NCBI RefSeq assembly: GCF_009914755.1
Contig: NC_060936.1
DNA: 64,000 bases
Source of the DNA: the human T2T-CHM13v2.0 reference genome, Homo sapiens
Direction: 5' to 3' (one strand)
In this document: positions 55,863 through 64,000 of the stretch, piece by piece
Layout: each line of letters opens with the position of its first letter
Position numbering within the stretch: the stretch's first letter is position 1
Position numbers and translations under genes: made by a program
Notes under the pieces: model-generated
Databases searched by the model: none
Told to the model about the DNA's origin: nothing
What the model saw: the letters and a program-made list of their open reading frames with translations, nothing else

Positions 55863-56080
55863 CAGGTGGGGTTTCTCAACCTTGGCACTATTGCTATTTA
55901 GGGTTGGATAATTCTTTATAGCAGGAAGCTGTGCTGTACACTGTAGAATACAGCATCCCTGACCTCTGCTAACTAGATGACAGTCATGCCTTCTCCTAAG
56001 CTTGGACAATAAAAAATGTTGCCAAGTATTGCCAAATGTTCCCTGGGGAGCAAATGGCCTCAGGTTGAGACTTGCTGCTG
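55863..56080. mobile_element. MER20 DNA transposon
   Basis: ggtttctcaaccttggcactattg...attgccaaatgttccctgggg...ggttgaga. Confidence 0.8.
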
Positions 56081-57572
56081 TAGATAACCACATTATCATT
56101 TGAGAGTTTTAACAGGGGGCGTTGTGATTCCTTACCTTACAACAACAACTTGGAACAGTAGGTTAAGCCTTGACCGCAGACAATTACAAGACAATTATAA
56201 AGGCTTTCCCTGCTAGGCCTCACTGGGGTGGGGGAAGCTGCTCCCCTCAAACCAGCTTTAGGGCATAGCTAGTGCTTTGCAGACTCTGAAGGGAGCTGCA
56301 CTCCAGTCCTCAGACCTCCCTGGCTCACCATGCCTTTTCATGGTTCCATTCCCAGCCCGAGTGACTCCATGTTTAGGTCTCGATCTGAGGCAATGGGCCC
56401 AGGTCTTCTTCAGAGGCCTCTGCCTGGTCCTCCTTATGAGGGTCAGAGAGGCAGGGAAATGGTGAGATGCTTCCATTCTGACTCAGTGCCCAGCTGTTTC
56501 CCACTCCTATACCTCCTCCTCCTCCACAGGCCCCAGGGTCCATAACACTTCAGGAGCCTTTTGTGGGGGGCTCCCTCAACAGGGGTATGTAGTCTTCCTG
56601 CACTCTACTCTGAAGTTCCATGGGGGAAAATTACACAGAGGGAGTAGGCATTTTCTTTGGTTTTAGACTTTTGCTTATACCCTGGCAGTAAGTGATTGAA
56701 GGCTTAATGCTTCCATTTCTGGCTTGTGTCTTTGATTGGCTGCTCTTACCCCCCAAGAAACGGAAAGAGCTCAGGACACTTGCATGCCTGCACTTCTATG
56801 GGCATGCACACATGTTCTCTCTCTCCCTCCCCCAACCTTCCCTCCTTCCCTCCTTCCCCCTGTCTCCAGCTCAGCTAAGGTATGCTTGGCTAAGCACTTA
56901 GGAGAAACCACACACTGGATGCCTGGAACTGCTAATTACCTTGCCGAGAGAATAGAAGTCCAGGCTAGGTTTTAAGGAGAAGCTGGATCTTTGTTCTCTT
57001 TTTAAAAACATTACCCTCTTGGTGAATATTGGCCCTTGTATTGTACAGCTCTCCCGGACCTAAAGCCCAGTGGCCTATCCAGCCTGAAGCCTGCAGTTCA
57101 GCCCCTCTGAGCACTGCAGAAGTAAACTCCTGCTGCCCAGGGCTTTCAGGCATTCTGGCCCTAATGCCTCTTCCTTTTGCACACCCCACCCTGCTCAAGG
57201 TCAAAGCCTGGGCCATGAGTCAAGGGCAGCTGTCCCAGTCTTATTCATTAGACTACCTGTGTCTGAATAGCCTGTTAGTCAAGTGATAGGTTAAATCCAT
57301 TGAGAAAGGTGGACTGTAAAAGAACTTAATTAAGATGACCAAACACTTTATCATTCAAACTGGGATGTCTTTGAAAATGAAAGGGCTAGAGTTAATAACT
57401 ATAGCAAGACAGTGATTGCAAATTGGCCAGGCCATAGAATCCCCTGGTGACAATGACATTTTCTGCAGAAAAGAGACTACTCTATGGATTCTTAGATATC
57501 AATAGTGTGTGTGCTAAAGTGAGGTGGACCAATTTCCCCCAAAATCCTTACAAAGAGTCAAGAAAGCCAAAA

Positions 57573-58980
57573 TTTGAGGATAAACAAGTTGATAAACCAC
57601 TAACTAAATTAACAAAGAAAAATGGAGAGAAGATCCAAGTAAGCACAATCAGAAATGACAAAGGTGAAATTACAACCAATCCCACAGAAATACAAAAGAG
57701 CCTCAGAGACTATTATGAACATCTCTATGCACACAAAATAGAAAATCTAGAGGAAATGGGTAAATTCCTGGAAACATGCAAACTCCCAAGATTGAATCAG
57801 GAAAACATAGAAACCCTGAACAGACCAATATCGAGTTTCAAAATTGAAGCAGTAATTTTTAAAAAAGCCCTATCAACCAAGAGAAAGCCCCACAATAGAT
57901 GAATTCACAGCCAAATTCTACTGGACATACGAAAAAGAGCTGCTACCAATCTTCTGAAATTATTCCAAAAAAGAGGAGAGGGACTCCTCCTGAACTTTCT
58001 GTGAAGCCGGCATCATCTTGATACCAAAACGTGGTAAAGACATAATGAGATATTTGAAACTATACATCCAACAAAAGTCTAATACCCAGAATTTGGAGGG
58101 CACTTAAAAAATCAACAGCCAAAAACAAATAACCCCATTTAGAAATGGGCAAAGAACACAAACAGGCACTTCTCAAAAGAAGATATACAAGTGAATAACA
58201 AACATGTGAAAAAATGCTCCACATCAGTAATCATCAGAGAAATGCAAATCAAAACCACAATGAGATATCATCTCACACCAGTCAAATTGGTGGTTATTAA
58301 AAAGTCAAAAAACAACCGATGCTGGTAAGGCTCCAGAGAAAAGAAAGGGAATGCTTATAGACTATTGGTGGGAATGTAAATGACTTCAGCCACTGTGAAA
58401 AGCAGTTTGGATATTTCTCACATAACTAAAAACAGAACTACCATTCAACTCAGCAATTCCATTACTGGGTATATACCCAAAATAATATAAATCATTTTAT
58501 CAAAAAGACACATGCATTTGTAGGTTCACCACAGCACTATTCACAATAGCAAAGACATGGAACCAACCTATGTGCCCATAATTGGTGGTTTAGATAAAGA
58601 AAATGTACATATACATCATGGAATACTAAACAGCCATAAAAAAGAATGAAATTATGTCCCTTATGGCAACATGGATGTAGCTGGAAGCCATGATCCTAAG
58701 CAAATTAACACAAGAATAGAAAACCAAATACCACATGTTCTCAATGATAAGTGGGAGTTAAGCATTAGGTACACACAGACACAAAGATGGCAACAATAGA
58801 CATTGGGGAGAGGGAGGGAGACAGGTAGAGGTTGAAAAACTTATTATTGGGTACTATGCTCACTACATAAGTGATGAGATTTGTACCCCAGACCTCAACA
58901 TCACACAATATACCCAGGTAACAAACCTGCATATATACTATCTGAATCTAAAACAAAAGTTTAAAAAATAAAAATAGAAA
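57573..58980 (+). mobile_element. L1 (old L1PA/L1PB), 5' truncated, with internal deletion near 58048
   Basis: ORF 57447-57902 contains L1 ORF2 peptide DKPL...[17 protein letters not shown]...[12 protein letters not shown]...LPRLNQE; 3' UTR and A-rich tail follow. Confidence 0.9.
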
Positions 58981-59027
58981 TGTTTTTTAAAAACCCCTGT
59001 AATTAACATGTAAAAATGTATATTTCA

Positions 59028-59340
<313 letters not shown>

Positions 59341-60621
59341 TTAAAAAGAAGAAACATGTAGTAACTCCAAGCTCATGTTCCCAATCTGAGCTGTGTGTGC
59401 AGCTGCTCCAGCCAGCCAAAGGATCTGCTCTGCTGACACCACAGTCGCTATTCCTGTCATTCCACTTGTCTCACCTAAGTAATTTAAGTCTCCTCTCTGG
59501 TGGCTGTTGGTGTTTATTTGGAACTTGTTATACTCTTCTGCCCTGATATCTCTCCTGTGAGCTTCTTTACTTCCTAAAGTCTCATCCCACAATCTCTCCC
59601 AGACTCTTAATGCAGATTCTCAGCTTGTGCCTGCAAACGAGCTGCCATCCGTCCTGAGCAGAATGAGAAGAGCCAGGGGCCCAAAGAGGAGAGGAGAGGA
59701 CAGGGCAGCCTGCCAGGGGACCTCTGAGGAGCTGACAATGTGGCCAAGGGGGCAAGGGTCTTTCTATCCTTTCTCCATGGATTTTCCTACCTTGTCCTCT
59801 TCTCTGACTAGTGCCTGCTGAGGGCAAAATGGGGACATCATTTGTGTTGTGCTGGGCTTGTCAGTCGTTCTACCGGCCATTCTTCCAACTTCAGTCACAG
59901 TCCTGGGGTCTGGGAGTCCTTATAATTTTGTGGCATGGAATTCCTCCACACTCCTTCCTCTGTGCATCCACAGCACGTCTTGAAGGTCCCTTTAGTTTTA
60001 TTCTGCCACTTGCTAGTTTGTCTGTGTGTCATCCTTCAGTCTTGCAATTTCCTTACCCTCATATCCAATGCTGGAACAAGTTTTATTATTCCAGCCACTA
60101 AATGCCCTCCTCTCTCCACCTAATTTCCACCACCCTACTCCTTGCTCACCTATTCTTATGCTTGGACTATTGCAGTAGCTTCTTAAGTTCACCACAAGTC
60201 TACTCTTGTCCTGGCAATCCATTATCCACACAGGATTTATGGTGACTTTTTAAACTACATTACCTCACTCTCTTGCATAAAAACCTACCCATGAGTTTCT
60301 CAATGCATATAACACCATCAACTGTAGTCAGCCTCTCCAGTCTACTCCATCCATCTTCATCTCTTTCACCTTCCAAAAAATGGGTTTCTTCACCTTTCTC
60401 AAACACTCCAGGCAATGCCTTTGCATTTCCTGTTCCCTGTTTCTGGAATTATTTTCCTTTAGGTTAGCACATCTGGCTTTTACATTCTCCTGGTCTCTGT
60501 TACATGTCCATTCTTCAGAGAGCCCTTCTTGGAAGACTCTCAATTAAAGCAGCACCATAACTTCACTTTATGAAGTTAAAAGTGATGTTATGAAGTAAAA
60601 AGTGATTTTTTTACTTCATAA

Positions 60622-61010
<389 letters not shown>

Positions 61011-61224
61011 GTTTTTTTTTTTTAACCCTCTGAAGCCATCTTATTTTTTCATTTACCCATGCCCAGTTGACCACTCCCACAGAATATCAGCTCCATATCA
61101 GCAGAGATCTTGCCCCTCGTACACAACTGTATTCCCAATGACTAATTAGTAGAAAGTGACCCTCACAAATATTTGTGGGATGGTGAATGTTTTGCAGTAA
61201 CTATAAGTTGTCTCAAGAATTACT

Positions 61225-61991
<767 letters not shown>

Positions 61992-63330
61992 TGATATCAC
62001 ACGTATTTGTGGAGGCAAATGCTGGCTGCCTAAAAACACTTTATATTTACTCATGGCCATGAAACTGTCTCTGGCCAATGAAATGTGAGAATTAACTCAC
62101 ATACAAACCAGTTCTGGGGCTTGACTCTCTACCCTACTCTTCCCTAACTCTGTACACATTGGATCTCATGGTGAGATTGAGCCTCTGGTCAATGTGGGTC
62201 CCTACAGTAAGGATGCTTCCCTCCAAATAACAAAAACCCCAGGTTGGATATGTGGCAGAAACATGAAATAATCTCTTGTGATGTTGTTTATATTTTATGG
62301 TGCTGAGATTGTGGAGCTGTTTGTTACAAGGGCATAACCTAGCCCATCCTTACTAATGTAGCATATCCACCTACTAGACACTATCTTAGAAGTGACTGAC
62401 ACAAAATGTACAAGACAGCCTCTTCCTCTGAGGAAATTAAGGCTGGTGAGAATGACTGATAGAAATTAAATGAGGTGCCTAGATGATTGATGCAGTCAGT
62501 GAACAGCATAACTTAACACACTTGCACTCCCTACTCAAAATACATTTCTCTAACTGCACATTTATGTTTCTTTTCCACAGCATTGGGTTGCTGTTGAACA
62601 CCTCCCATACAATACATTATAAAACTATTTCATCTTTTTGTATGTTTATGTTGTTTGATCACCGTCATCAACCACAGAAGTTGTTGGAATGAAAATCACT
62701 AGAACCCTCTCCAATGTGTCCTTAGCTCCTATCATCCCATAGACTTAGTTTCCTCATCCATGGATATAAATTAGAAAACAGCAAGAAAAATTGTAGCCAG
62801 CCGAATGCCCAGCACTTGAAAAATTTACACACAACTTTCTAAAATCAACCTTGACTTGGAAAGATACCCAGGTTCTCTTCACCCTTACTTCTGAAAGTAT
62901 CTGAAGGTAATAAGATACCAAAAGTCTACAACCGTCGCAGGAAGTTAGCAAGTTTATAAAAGTTTATATACATGCACATGGCATATGTATTGGCATATGT
63001 GTGTGCATGTGTGTTTGTGTGTGTGTGTTTATATTCTGTGGTACCATTCTTTTTATGTATTTACTTGGCCACGGCTGACCTCTCCCACAGGAGGACCAGC
63101 TACATAGCAGCAGACAGCTTGCACCTTGTTAGCCCCTATACCCCAACTGGGAGAAAGGACACTAAGCTGGCAGCAGTAGGTTTATGATGGGATTAAATGC
63201 ACCAGGTAATTTTTGTTGATATTTTTAAACAAAAATATGTTACTATTGCATTTTTAAGAGAAATTATACTAAAGGAACTGTTTTACCTTAATGTGTTCTG
63301 AGCCTCCTATTTGGGAAATTTTACATCTTT

Positions 63331-63453
63331 TTAATTTTTCTTTCACCTTTTAGAGATGGAGTCTGTCAGCCAGGCTGGAATGCAGTGGCGTGGCCATGGC
63401 TCACTGCAGCCTCCACCTCCTAGGTCTAAGTGAGCTCCGCACTATGCCTGGCC
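63331..63453 (-). mobile_element. Partial, internally deleted Alu (J-like)
   Basis: agagatggagtc...caggctggaatgcagtggcgtggccatggctcactgcagcctcc. Confidence 0.75.
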
Positions 63454-64000
63454 AGATTTTATAGCTTTCACACTGAGTTGTCTAAGACAGAGCAAGCCAT
63501 CTGTGCAGGACTGTCTGAGATCAGAAGCACATATCAGGGTGAGCTCCCCTGCATAGTCTTATCTCCTTGTTGTGGCATCCTGGGGCAAGAGAAGGAGAGG
63601 AATTCTGAGAGCACGTTTTACCTCAAACAGTGATAGGATTGCTTGAGAGTGCCTGTCAGGGCCATCAGCAGGATAAACAGTAGCACTGTATTATGAAGTT
63701 TTAACTCAAGTTTAGAATACTATGATGGCATTTCTAGAGCTAATAGCATTGACGTTATCACTGTTGCTTCCCAAATATGCATATTTTGAGAAGTTAATGA
63801 AATATTTCTTATTCTATACCAATTTTTAATGCTAACAAGATTACCAATGTTATTCACAGTTGTTCATATATGAAAGCCGCATTTCTAGATAACTAATAGG
63901 AAAAACTTGTCTATCCAACCCCAAGGCAACAATTACACAAATTAGTTTGCTTTGCTTTTAAGCAACAAGCAGACTATCAAAATATTAATCTGATAAACTA

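Overview
Primate (great-ape, probably human) non-coding DNA dominated by transposable elements. I recognise no host protein-coding exon; the ORF-track entries are mostly repeat-derived. 9.2-24.5 kb is a nested endogenous-retrovirus stack with a readable target-site duplication (TSD) at every level. An LTR8-family solo LTR is split by a minus-strand MER61 provirus, which itself carries an LTR10F-like solo LTR, a young HERV-K(HML-2) LTR5_Hs solo LTR and a degenerate LTR7C-type HERV-H provirus. The MER61 5' LTR has a ~150-bp internal inversion. The most unusual object (28.6-29.3 kb) is a polyadenylated, TSD-flanked retrocopy of the 3' end of 28S rRNA, in which a native 10-bp doublet has expanded into a 24-unit CpG-rich minisatellite with a 50-bp higher-order period. 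Several small template-switch hairpins are also present. Repeat family names come from my recall of consensus sequences, not from a database search, and boundaries of old elements are approximate.
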